The notes beneath the pieces were generated by a model. The model was not told the origin of the DNA and made no database searches. It saw only the letters and a program-made list of their open reading frames with translations. 20,000 nucleotides of DNA from an uncultured virus (IMG/VR IMGVR_UViG_3300043099_000071) (taxonomy: Duplodnaviria > Heunggongvirae > Uroviricota > Caudoviricetes), in the IMG/VR virus record IMGVR_UViG_3300043099_000071; one strand, written 5' to 3'. Shown piece after piece: positions 1 to 10,387 of this stretch. The stretch's first letter is position 1, and every line of letters begins with the position of its first letter. The translations under genes and the position numbers were made by a program.

Positions 1-1
1 C

Positions 2-211
2 CTGTATCCTGTGGACGACCCGCAGGCATTACGGAACCCAAGACCGGACACGAGTTATTTTGCGGTCGGTAATGACGGTGCCAATGGTAGCCGTCAGATA
101 CAATGGGGTTGGAACCCGGTTGGAGGGGCGAGTTCTTTTGATGCGGCTCTAACCCCAAATACGCTTACTCCTGCTGGTGAAGTAGGAGATGTAACGGTCG
201 TAGTGACCTAG
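2..211 (+). CDS. Phage hypothetical protein, 5'-truncated (C-terminal 69 aa)
   Basis: The frame is open from base 2 (LYPVDDPQALRNPRPD...) to TAG at 209-211. The GTG at 11 used by the ORF track is probably internal. Confidence 0.7.
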   Translation: MYPVDDPQALRNPRPDTSYFAVGNDGANGSRQIQWGWNPVGGASSFDAALTPNTLTPAGEVGDVTVVVT

Positions 212-220
212 GAGATCGAG

Positions 221-406
221 ATGAAGAACGGTATGCGTAAAATCGCCCGAGAAGAGGTGCAGAAGCACGAGAATGTTATGCACAAGGGCGTCAAGAAAAT
301 GCGCGCTGGCGGTAAGACCAACAGCGAGATGAAGAAGTACGGTCGGAACATGGCGAAGGTGATGAACCAGCGCAGCCCGGTCCGTAAGTCTTCTGGCCCG
401 AAGTAA
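221..406 (+). CDS. Small basic protein (61 aa, 18 K/R), possible internal virion or DNA-binding protein
   Basis: Good RBS (TAGGAGAT) upstream of the ATG; fills the gap in the operon; contains an MRAGG motif. Confidence 0.75.
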   Translation: MKNGMRKIAREEVQKHENVMHKGVKKMRAGGKTNSEMKKYGRNMAKVMNQRSPVRKSSGPK

Positions 407-411
407 CCGCC

Positions 412-606
412 ATGAAAGAACTGAACCCCGGCAAGATCAGGCCGAACACTGACTCGACTGGTGAGAATGGCTATCCTGAAAAGGATGTCAACAAGGGCGT
501 CACCCACATGGATATGAAGGGTGCTGGCGCTGCCACCAAGGGTAAGAAGTTCGTCTCGCAGATCAATTTGCAGAACAACGGTAAATACCGGACGGGTTGG
601 AGCTAA
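412..606 (+). CDS. Small hypothetical protein (64 aa) with a KGAGAATKGKKF motif
   Basis: Starts 5 nt after the previous stop; its TAA overlaps the next ATG (TAATG, 604-608). Confidence 0.7.
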   Translation: MKELNPGKIRPNTDSTGENGYPEKDVNKGVTHMDMKGAGAATKGKKFVSQINLQNNGKYRTGWS

Positions 607-1244
607 TGAACTACTCCCAGCTAACTACACTGATTCAGGACTATTGTGAGTCTACGGAGCAGAGCTTCGTGGCGAACATTCCTACGTTCGTGCAGTTGGC
701 TGAGGAGCGGATCTACAATACGGTTCAGATCCCGGCCATCCGTAAAAACGTGACGGGCACGACGAGCAACGGCAACCAATATCTGTCCCTGCCGTCTGAT
801 TGGCTCTCGACGTTTTCGATGGCGGTGATTGATCCTGTGACTCAGGACTACGAGTATCTGCTCAACAAAGATGTGAACTACATCCGAGCAGCGTATCCGC
901 CTCCGACCAGCACGGGCAAACCTGCGTATTACTCCATCTTTGACAACACGACGATGTTGCTGGGGCCGACCCCAGATGCAGCCTACACAATCGAACTGCA
1001 TTACTATTACTACCCAACGTCGATTGTCGATGCGGGTACGTCGTGGCTCGGTAACAACTTTGAGTCTGTGCTGCTGTACGGTTCAATCCGTGAGGCATAC
1101 ACCTACTTGAAGGGTGCCGAGGACATGATGGCGTACTACGAGAACAAGTACCAAGAAGCCCTTGGTCAGTTGAAGCGCCTCGGTGATGGCTTGGATCGTC
1201 AGGATGCGTACCGTTCTGGACAAGCTAGGATTCCTGTGACATGA
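606..1244 (+). CDS. Probable head-tail adaptor/connector protein (212 aa)
   Basis: ATG at 606 is coupled to the upstream stop and is preferred to TTG 597. It has an N-terminal helical part (NYSQLTTLIQDY...FVQLAEERI), a beta middle (LSLPSDW, GKPAYY, LGPTPDAAYTIELHYY) and a C-terminal helical part (LLYGSIREAY). This layout and gene position are typical of podophage adaptor proteins. Confidence 0.65.
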   Translation: MNYSQLTTLIQDYCESTEQSFVANIPTFVQLAEERIYNTVQIPAIRKNVTGTTSNGNQYLSLPSDWLSTFSMAVIDPVTQDYEYLLNKDVNYIRAAYPPPTSTGKPAYYSIFDNTTMLLGPTPDAAYTIELHYYYYPTSIVDAGTSWLGNNFESVLLYGSIREAYTYLKGAEDMMAYYENKYQEALGQLKRLGDGLDRQDAYRSGQARIPVT

Positions 1245-1489
1245 GCTTCGTAGGCGGATCAGAAATTGGCAGTGTGTTCGTACAAACGACTGATCATCGT
1301 GGACACACTGTTGAAGAGATTGCAGAACGTGCGGCCAACCGCATACTCAGTGCCGACTCAAAGGAAGCACTGCATTATTGGCTAGTGAAGTATCTCAGCG
1401 AGGCTCAAGCAGCCGAACGTCAGATGATATGTAAGAAACTAGATCAACAAGGTTATGCGGAAATCGCGCACTTAATTGGAGACCTCTGA
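1241..1489 (+). CDS. Phage hypothetical protein (82 aa)
   Basis: ATGA overlap with the previous gene and TGATG overlap with the next; VQTTDHRGHTVEEIA motif; function unknown. Confidence 0.75.
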   Translation: MSFVGGSEIGSVFVQTTDHRGHTVEEIAERAANRILSADSKEALHYWLVKYLSEAQAAERQMICKKLDQQGYAEIAHLIGDL

Positions 1490-1944
1490 TGGCTATTTCT
1501 CAAGCAATGGTAACGTCGTTCAAGGTCGAGATCCTTGACGGCATTCACAACTTCGGTACCGGCGTCATCCGAGCTTCGACGGCTGCGGATGTGTTCAAGC
1601 TGGCCCTCTTCACTTCGTCGGCTACGTTGAGCGCGACCACTACGGCGTACTCTTCAGCGGATGAGGTCTCTTCGTCCGGTACGAACTACCCGGCGGGTGG
1701 GCTAACGTTGACGATCTCGCAGGTGCCGACTTCTAGCGGTACGACGGCATATATCGACTTCGATGACCTAACCTTCCCGAGCGCGACGATCACGGCCAAC
1801 GGTGCTTTGATCTACAACGCGACTCAGAGTAACAAAGCGGTCGCAGTGCTGGCGTTTGGCGGTGACAAGACTTCGACGGCTGGTAACTTCACCATCCAGT
1901 TCCCGTCTCCGACCTCGACGACTGCTATTCTGCGTATCGCTTAA
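1489..1944 (+). CDS. Virion structural protein (151 aa, S/T/A-rich beta protein), candidate fibre or filament subunit
   Basis: Motifs FKLALFTS, NYPAGGLTL, ITANGALIYN and FGGDKTSTAGNFTIQFP, which I recognise as common in aquatic phage structural modules; translationally coupled to the previous gene. Confidence 0.7.
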   Translation: MAISQAMVTSFKVEILDGIHNFGTGVIRASTAADVFKLALFTSSATLSATTTAYSSADEVSSSGTNYPAGGLTLTISQVPTSSGTTAYIDFDDLTFPSATITANGALIYNATQSNKAVAVLAFGGDKTSTAGNFTIQFPSPTSTTAILRIA

Positions 1945-1956
1945 TAGGAGGGTTAC

Positions 1957-3854
<1,898 letters not shown>

Positions 3855-3858
<4 letters not shown>

Positions 3859-5231
3859 GTACGATTAACGCAGGCTCTACGACACCGACAGCGCTCACGC
3901 TGACGGGCAACACTGACGGCACCCTAGACCTTGCTACGGGTGGAACCACCCGTATGTTGATTGATGGGTCGGGTAATGTCGGTATTGGGACGGCTTCGCC
4001 TTCAACGCTTCTGCACTTGTCCGGTTCAGCGCCTATCCTTCGATTCACCGACACATCTGGTGACGCATACGCGCAGATAGATTGCGATAGTCCAGATGAA
4101 GGCACGATCAGAATTCAAGCAGACCCCGGTAATGCTGGGGCAAACACGATCATTCGTTTCGACACTGACGGTTCCGAACGGATGCGTATTGACTCCTCCG
4201 GCAACGTTGGGATTGGAACAAGTTCACCTGCCGGTAGGCTTCACGCACGTTTCGACGCTGGTGTGTCCGATAGCTACACCGGAAAATATATTTTTCAGAC
4301 GACCGATCAACGGCTCACGATTGGAACGTACTGGCAGTCGGGGGTTGGTCAGTACGCAACGATTCAATCTGAATCGGCGTCAAGTGTGGCGCAGAATCTG
4401 CTCCTCAACCCTTCCGGTGGCAACGTCGGTATTGGTCAGTCTTCACCTTCATACAAACTGCAAGTAAACAATGCGTCTGCGTCAGCAACAGCAGATGCCA
4501 TTACAGTTCAAAATTCCGGCGTAACTACCACCGGTCACACCGCAGGGATTCGTTTTAAGTACATAGGCGCTGAACCCGCTGCAATTCGAGCTATCTTAAC
4601 CAACCTCGTTAACGGCGCAGGCTCTTTAGCTTTTTACACATCAAGCGACGGGAGTGGCGCAAACCTCACCGAGCGGATGCGTATCGCATCTGATGGAACA
4701 ATAGGCGTTGGCGGCACAAACGTATCATCTGTTCGTTTGCTTTCCTATGCCGCAAGCACCGGTAGTGATTCGTGGGCTTTATATGCAAAAAACAGCACTC
4801 CAACCGATTTATTCGGCGTTAGGGGCGATGGGGCTATTTATACCGGTGTTGGTACTCTTTCCCCGTACAACCTGACAACTGGCGCGGCTGCAAATCTTTT
4901 TGTTGATGGTGACCGATACATATACCGCTCAACCTCGTCGCTTCGTTACAAGTCAGACGTAGCCGATGCTACACACGGGCTTGCCGACCTGCTGAAACTT
5001 CGTAGCGTTACTTATAAGTCCAAAAACAATGGCGACACCGTATTTGGCGGCTTAATTGCCGAGGAAGTACATGACGCTGGACTGACTGAGTTCGTCTCTT
5101 ACGACAAGGAAAACCAACCGGACGCGATTCACTACGGCAACATGGTGGCTCTGTTGACCAAAGCCATCCAAGAACAGCAGGCAATGATTGACGAACTTAA
5201 GGCCAAGGTTGCCGCTCTGGAGACGAAGTAA
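3855..5231 (+). CDS. Tail fibre/spike with C-terminal intramolecular chaperone (peptidase S74), 458 aa
   Basis: ATGA overlap at 3855 (MSTINAG...). Repeated RM.I...GNVGIGT segments; S-S-L-R-Y-K at 4935-4952, then GLIAEEV and a coiled-coil end (LLTKAIQEQQAMIDELKAKV), the S74 signature. Confidence 0.88.
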
Positions 5232-6553
5232 TGGCTAGTACAATCAACGCTACTGGTAGTGGCATCGTCCTCACGGGCAGTACTAGTGCTGCATTGAATC
5301 TGTTAGTTGGCGGATCTGCGGCGCTTTCAATCGGTACAGGCGCTACGACGACCATCTCCAACGCCACGATTACTTCGCTCACCATCTCCAACCCGTCCAC
5401 GTTCCCGGCTGGATCAGCCTCTGCCCCTGTCATTACAACGACAGGCGACACCAACACGGGCGTGTATTTCCCCGCAGCGGATCAGGTTGCAGTAACGGCG
5501 GGCGGTACGGTCGCTGCTGCGTTTAACACCAATGGGTTGTTTTTCCGTAACCGAATCATCAACGGCGATATGCGGATTGATCAGCGAAATGCTGGGGCTA
5601 GTGTAACGTTTGACAATAATGTATTCCCTGTTGATAGGTTTAGAGGTTTTACTAACCTGTCTTCTAAAGCAACAGCACAGCAGTCTTCTGTTGTTCCGAC
5701 TGGTTTTGTAAATTCTGTTCTTGTCACATCTTCATCTGCATATAGTCTGGCGGCAGGGGATTATTTTGGTATTGGGCAGCGAATTGAAGGAACAAACATT
5801 TCCGATTTAGGATGGGGCACTGCATCGGCACGCGCAGTTACTCTTTCATTTTGGGTTCGCAGTTCTTTAACCGGAACTTTTGGCGGTGCGCTAGGTAACT
5901 CAAATGGCACGCGGTCGTATCCTTTTACATATTCAATTTCTGTTGCAGATACTTGGGAATATAAAACGATTACGGTTCCCGGTGATACAAGTGGGACTTG
6001 GTTGACTACAAATGGATCTGGTATTCAATTTGTTATTAGTCTTGGGGCTGGCGCAACATTAAGCGGAACGGCAGGAGCATGGGCTGGCGCAAATTATTTC
6101 TCCGCAACCGGCGCTGTCTCCGTCATTAGCACTAACGGCGCAACCTTTTACCTTACCGGCGTCCAACTAGAAACCGGCTCTGTCGCCACTCCGTTTGAGC
6201 GTAGACCGTTTGGCACGGAATTAGCGTTGTGTCAGCGGTATTATTGGAAAGGCGGTAACGGCGCTAGCGGTATTTTTAACAGCGGAACAACCGCAAGATT
6301 TGGCGTTACATTTCCAGTTGTAATGAGGGCATCGCCAACTGTGGCGGCTATTGCTGCGCCAATCATAGCAAACCCAACCGTGTCTGAGGCTCAAACCGGG
6401 TCGCAAACAACAGATTTTCTTGCAACGGCAACAGGCGGCGCTGTTGAAAATTACAGCGCATCAAAAATTCAGTTTGGCGGTTTTTCAAGTGGAGCAGACG
6501 GTAGGCCGTGTTCGTTGTCAAACACTTGTTTGTCGTTTAGTTCGGAATTGTAA
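5231..6553 (+). CDS. Tail fibre/receptor-binding protein (440 aa) with a putative carbohydrate-binding-like domain
   Basis: TAATG coupling; FRNRIINGDMRIDQR ... GVQLETGSVATPFERRPFGTELALCQRYY motifs, typical of a widespread phage fibre domain. Confidence 0.8.
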   Translation: MASTINATGSGIVLTGSTSAALNLLVGGSAALSIGTGATTTISNATITSLTISNPSTFPAGSASAPVITTTGDTNTGVYFPAADQVAVTAGGTVAAAFNTNGLFFRNRIINGDMRIDQRNAGASVTFDNNVFPVDRFRGFTNLSSKATAQQSSVVPTGFVNSVLVTSSSAYSLAAGDYFGIGQRIEGTNISDLGWGTASARAVTLSFWVRSSLTGTFGGALGNSNGTRSYPFTYSISVADTWEYKTITVPGDTSGTWLTTNGSGIQFVISLGAGATLSGTAGAWAGANYFSATGAVSVISTNGATFYLTGVQLETGSVATPFERRPFGTELALCQRYYWKGGNGASGIFNSGTTARFGVTFPVVMRASPTVAAIAAPIIANPTVSEAQTGSQTTDFLATATGGAVENYSASKIQFGGFSSGADGRPCSLSNTCLSFSSEL

Positions 6554-6554
6554 A

Positions 6555-6731
6555 ATGTACAAACTAATTGCCGTATTTGATCAATACACTAAAGAAAAAA
6601 CCAAAGACTTGCTTTGTCGTATTTCCGACAACGCTTTCATACCATTTGACCCCGCCAACGCCGACTATCAGCAATATCTTGCATGGCTTGCAGAAGGCAA
6701 CGAGCCGCTGCCGCCGGATGAGGAACAGTAA
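6555..6731 (+). CDS. Small fibre-associated protein (58 aa), putative assembly chaperone
   Basis: ATG 1 nt after the previous stop, preferred to the track start at 6420; IPFDPANADYQQYLAWLAEGNEPLP motif; TAATG overlap with the next gene. Confidence 0.75.
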   Translation: MYKLIAVFDQYTKEKTKDLLCRISDNAFIPFDPANADYQQYLAWLAEGNEPLPPDEEQ

Positions 6732-8353
6732 TGGCTACAATTAACGCCGCCGTTGATGGCATCATACTGACAGCAGATAGCTCTGCTACCTTGAGCCTTG
6801 CCACGAGCGGCGTGATACGGGCGACTATTGATCCTACTGGTAACATTGGTATCGGTACGACAACCGCATCGTTCAAAATCACCAACAACTTTGACGCTCC
6901 TGCTACATGGGGCAACAACGCCAACAACTTCATTGAGATGTGGCAGAACAGCGGCACCAATGCGCTTGGTGTTGCAATGGGGGATGACTCCATCGCATCG
7001 CTGACTACGAACAACGGCTACAACCTTGTATTGGCGACAGACGGCGTTGAGCGGGTACGTGTTGCTACATCTACGGGCAACGTCGGTATCGGTAAAACCG
7101 CAGCAGCCGGTCGTTTGCTTGATGTCAACGGCGATGCGTGGTTTAACGGGGTTCGTGTTGGGCGTGGCGCTGGATCAGCTTCAACCAATACAGCCGTTGG
7201 CTCTAACGCGCTAACAGCTAACACAAGCGGAACAGTCAATACGGCGGTAGGTGAGGGTGCTCTTGCATCTAACACAACCGGCTCAGGCAATAACGCCTTT
7301 GGCCGCAATGCACTAACAGGTAACACAACCGGATATGGAAACGTAGCAGTCGGTAGTAATGATGCAGGCACCCTTGCTCCGATGCAGCTTAACACCACTG
7401 GCTACTACAACGTAGCCATAGGTAATGGGGCGCTGTATGCAAATACGTCTGGAAACAATAATACCGCCGTTGGTAGAAGCGCATTATTTTCTAATACAAC
7501 GGGGTCTATAAACACGGCGATTGGCGGTAATGCGCTCAATGCTAATACCACCGGTTACGGAGGCGTAGCGGTTGGTATCGGAGCACTGCAGTCAAATACC
7601 ACTGGGTATTACAACACTGCGCTTGGCGCAAATGCTTTATTTTCTAATACAACCGGTCTTGTCAACGTCGCTATCGGTCACGCGGCGTTATATAACTGTA
7701 ACTCATCCTTCAACATAGCTATTGGTTACTATTCATTAGTCAATGTAACTAGTGGTCAATCAAATACCGTAATCGGTTACTACTCCGGTGCAACTACGAC
7801 GACGGGCGGGGCTAACGTATTTTTGGGAGAACAAGCAGGATATTACGCAGTTGGCAATACAACCGGTTCTTACAACACTATCCTTGGCTCATTTAGTTAC
7901 CAAGCGGCTGCAACTGATAACTATGAAATCGTTATTGGTTATAACACCCAAGGCAAAGGAAGCAGCACGGGCTTTATCAACCCGAACGGTGGCGGCGTAT
8001 ACCAAGGCAATAACTCGTCAAGTTGGTCCACGACTTCGGATCGTCGGCTGAAGAAAAACATCGTCGATAACAACGAGGGTCTTGCCAAGATCAATCAGCT
8101 TCGTGTCCGTAACTTTGAGTACCGCACCGAGGACGAGGTTGATCCGGAACTGCCGAAGACGGCTGCGATTAAAGTACCCGGTGTGCAACTTGGCGTGATC
8201 GCGCAGGAGATTCAGGAAGTCCTGCCTGAGTGCGTGAAGCAAGAATCCACCGGGGTGATGTCGGTAGACTCCGACCGTTTGATATGGCACTTGGTCAACG
8301 CCGTGAAAGAATTGTCAGCCGAAGTCAACGCGCTTAAAGCAAAACTGGAATAG
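6731..8353 (+). CDS. Tail fibre with 17-aa beta-roll (YadA-head-like) repeats and C-terminal peptidase S74 chaperone (540 aa)
   Basis: GNIGIGT/GNVGIG segments; about 14 N-T/V-A-V/I-G-x-x-A-L-x-x-N-T-T-G units; T-S-D-R-R-L-K at about 8033-8053, then GVIAQEIQEVLPECV and LVNAVKELSAEV. Confidence 0.88.
   Translation: MATINAAVDGIILTADSSATLSLATSGVIRATIDPTGNIGIGTTTASFKITNNFDAPATWGNNANNFIEMWQNSGTNALGVAMGDDSIASLTTNNGYNLVLATDGVERVRVATSTGNVGIGKTAAAGRLLDVNGDAWFNGVRVGRGAGSASTNTAVGSNALTANTSGTVNTAVGEGALASNTTGSGNNAFGRNALTGNTTGYGNVAVGSNDAGTLAPMQLNTTGYYNVAIGNGALYANTSGNNNTAVGRSALFSNTTGSINTAIGGNALNANTTGYGGVAVGIGALQSNTTGYYNTALGANALFSNTTGLVNVAIGHAALYNCNSSFNIAIGYYSLVNVTSGQSNTVIGYYSGATTTTGGANVFLGEQAGYYAVGNTTGSYNTILGSFSYQAAATDNYEIVIGYNTQGKGSSTGFINPNGGGVYQGNNSSSWSTTSDRRLKKNIVDNNEGLAKINQLRVRNFEYRTEDEVDPELPKTAAIKVPGVQLGVIAQEIQEVLPECVKQESTGVMSVDSDRLIWHLVNAVKELSAEVNALKAKLE
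7187..7940 (+). repeat. Degenerate 51-bp coding repeat (17-aa units)
   Basis: The first units start at 7187 and 7238 (NTAVGSNALTANTSGTV / NTAVGEGALASNTTGSG) and continue with a few insertions and deletions. Confidence 0.85.
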
Positions 8354-8357
8354 TTAA

Positions 8358-9119
8358 ATGCTTGGCTTTACCCCATTTGCAGCGAATCCTTTTGCGGCAG
8401 TTATTGCCGGGGATCAGCTTGTTGATGTAACTGGGGTTGAAGCCGCCGGTCAGCTTGGTACTGTTGTTGTTACGGCAGAAGCCACGATCTTTGCTGTTGG
8501 CGTTGAGGCCATCGGCCAAACTGGCACTGTCGTTGTTGCGGCTGATGCTAATGCTCTGGTCAACGGCGTTGAGGCCACGGGCGAACTTGGTACGGTCACT
8601 GTATTCGGTGAAGCCAACATCCCAGTCACGGGGGTTGAGGCCACCGGGCAAACCGGTACAGTCCTTGTTGCAGCAAATGCCGATGTATTCGCTGTCGGGG
8701 TCGAGGCTACGGGCCAACTTGGTACCGTTACCGTCATATCGGAAGCGGTCGTTTTTGCTACGGGGGTCGAGGCTACCGGGCAGCTTGGTACGGTCGAAGT
8801 CGTTGGTATTGCCAATGTCCTCGTCACTGGGGTTGCTGCTACGGGACAGCTTGGCACGGTCACGGTTTCGGCAGATACCGTTGTTCTGGTTTCGGGCGTT
8901 AGCGCAACCGGTGCTATTGGTCAAGTCCTTGTTTGGGGTAATATTGTTCCGGTTCCAACTGGGCCGTGGACGCCGATTAACGACTCTCAGACCCCGAACT
9001 GGAACGCGATCAGTACAGGACAAGTGCCGGGCTGGACCCCGGTGGATGACTCGCAGACAGTTACATGGACTCCGATTGACGACACACAAACGCCTAACTG
9101 GACAGAAATTGCGGCGTGA
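8358..9119 (+). CDS. Repeat-rich acidic virion protein (253 aa): FTPFAANPFA leader, 8x22-aa repeats, 6 Trp at 11-aa spacing
   Basis: Starts 4 nt after the previous stop; periodic protein pattern with third-position variation between units, which identifies this as the coding frame. Confidence 0.85.
   Translation: MLGFTPFAANPFAAVIAGDQLVDVTGVEAAGQLGTVVVTAEATIFAVGVEAIGQTGTVVVAADANALVNGVEATGELGTVTVFGEANIPVTGVEATGQTGTVLVAANADVFAVGVEATGQLGTVTVISEAVVFATGVEATGQLGTVEVVGIANVLVTGVAATGQLGTVTVSADTVVLVSGVSATGAIGQVLVWGNIVPVPTGPWTPINDSQTPNWNAISTGQVPGWTPVDDSQTVTWTPIDDTQTPNWTEIAA
8430..8933 (+). repeat. 66-bp coding repeat, 7 full units plus 1 partial (xGVEATGQLGTVxVxxxAxVxx)
   Basis: Unit starts at 8430, 8496, 8562, 8628, 8694, 8760, 8826 and 8892, with no indels. 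Confidence 0.92.
8934..9116 (+). repeat. 33-bp coding repeat (WTPIDDSQTPN-like)
   Basis: TGG codons at exactly 8934, 8967, 9000, 9033, 9066 and 9099. Confidence 0.9.
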
Positions 9120-9127
9120 GGTTTTAA

Positions 9128-10387
9128 ATGGCTAGTACATATTCAACTAACCTTGCCATCGAGCTTATTGGTACTGGAGACCAAGCCGGTGCGTGGGGTA
9201 ACACCACTAACACTAACCTCGGTACGCTGATTGAGCAGGCCATCTCGGGCTACGTCACTCAGGCAGTTGCTACGGGTACAGACGTAAGTATCACCATCCC
9301 GAACGGTGCGTCGGGCGTGGCTCGTAACATGTACATCGAGTTGACTGGCACAGGCGGCAGCAATACCAACCTGATCGTCCCAGCCAACAAGAAGCTGTAT
9401 TTCATCTATAACAACACTTCGTCCGGACAAGTTACGGTCAAGGTGGCAGGTCAGACCGGCGTCTCGGTACCCAACGGCGTCAAGACAATTCTGGTCTGCA
9501 ACGGTACAGACGTTGTGGACGCGACCTCCTACGTCAACGGGATCAGCGCAAACATCACGACGCTGACGGCTGGCTCAGCCACGATCACCAATCTCCGTGC
9601 TACGAGCGCGGTCATCACAAGCCTCACGTTGTCCAACCCGCTCGGCGTGGCTCAAGGCGGTACGGGCAGTGCCGCTGCTCCGTCAAACGGACAACTTTTG
9701 GTTGGTAACGGTACGGGCTTTACGCTCAATACCTTGAACGGTGGTCCGGGTGTCGGTATCACCAACGCTGCCGGGTCTATCACGATTACAGCGACGGGTA
9801 CGGGGTTTATTGCTGCGGTTAATGCGACTTCACCGCTTCAGTCTGTTGGCACCCAGTCCATTACGATCAGTATTGCATCTAGCACTGGATCAGGTGCCGT
9901 TGTTCTTGCGACGAACCCGACTATCTCCAGCCTGACTCTGACTAATGCTTTGCGTACGGCGCAGGGCGGCACTGGGCTTACTTCTACTCCGACGAATGGT
10001 CAGTTATTGATCGGCAACGGATCTGGGTTTGCTCTATCGACCCTGACTGCCGGTACCGGTATGACCATTACCAATAACGCTGGCAGCATCACGCTTGCTT
10101 CGGCAGGTCTGCCCACGATGAACATCGTGTCGGGTACAACTCAAACGGCAGTAGCGAGCAATCACTACGTTTTGACAAATGCTTCAGCAACCACGGTCAC
10201 ATTACCCCTGTCTCCTTCTGCCGGAGATGTAGTGTGGGTCACGGTGGGTAATGGACGCTCAGACAACGTGATTGCCCGTAACGGACAAAACATTAACAGT
10301 ATTGCTGAGAACATGACGATTGATACCGCATACGCAGGCATCCAACTGCGCTATGCCGACGCCACGAGAGGATGGGTATTTACATGA
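9128..10387 (+). CDS. Tail fibre protein (419 aa)
   Basis: RBS GAGG. N-terminal MASTYS...AGAWGNTTNTNL attachment-like segment; two NGQLL(V/I)GNG shaft modules; C-terminal TVTLPLSPSAGDVV...IARNGQNI...LRYADATRGW domain resembling T4-type fibre/baseplate docking domains. Confidence 0.82.
   Translation: MASTYSTNLAIELIGTGDQAGAWGNTTNTNLGTLIEQAISGYVTQAVATGTDVSITIPNGASGVARNMYIELTGTGGSNTNLIVPANKKLYFIYNNTSSGQVTVKVAGQTGVSVPNGVKTILVCNGTDVVDATSYVNGISANITTLTAGSATITNLRATSAVITSLTLSNPLGVAQGGTGSAAAPSNGQLLVGNGTGFTLNTLNGGPGVGITNAAGSITITATGTGFIAAVNATSPLQSVGTQSITISIASSTGSGAVVLATNPTISSLTLTNALRTAQGGTGLTSTPTNGQLLIGNGSGFALSTLTAGTGMTITNNAGSITLASAGLPTMNIVSGTTQTAVASNHYVLTNASATTVTLPLSPSAGDVVWVTVGNGRSDNVIARNGQNINSIAENMTIDTAYAGIQLRYADATRGWVFT

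Noticed and set aside
597..605. ORF-track upstream starts (597; likewise 3843, 6420, 10372, 11010)
   Set aside because: Downstream ATGs at 606, 3855, 6555, 10384 and 11031 overlap or abut the preceding stops and are more plausible.
8430..9116. Regularly spaced repeats as a CRISPR array
   Set aside because: Units are in frame, contiguous and degenerate at third codon positions, with no invariant repeat and unique spacer structure and no cas genes.
8334..9135. Long alternative-frame ORFs (8334-9089 minus, 8437-9135 plus, 8450-8863 minus) over the repeat gene
   Set aside because: Shadows of a periodic, Val/Gly/Thr-biased coding sequence; no RBS, slippery site or protein-like composition seen.
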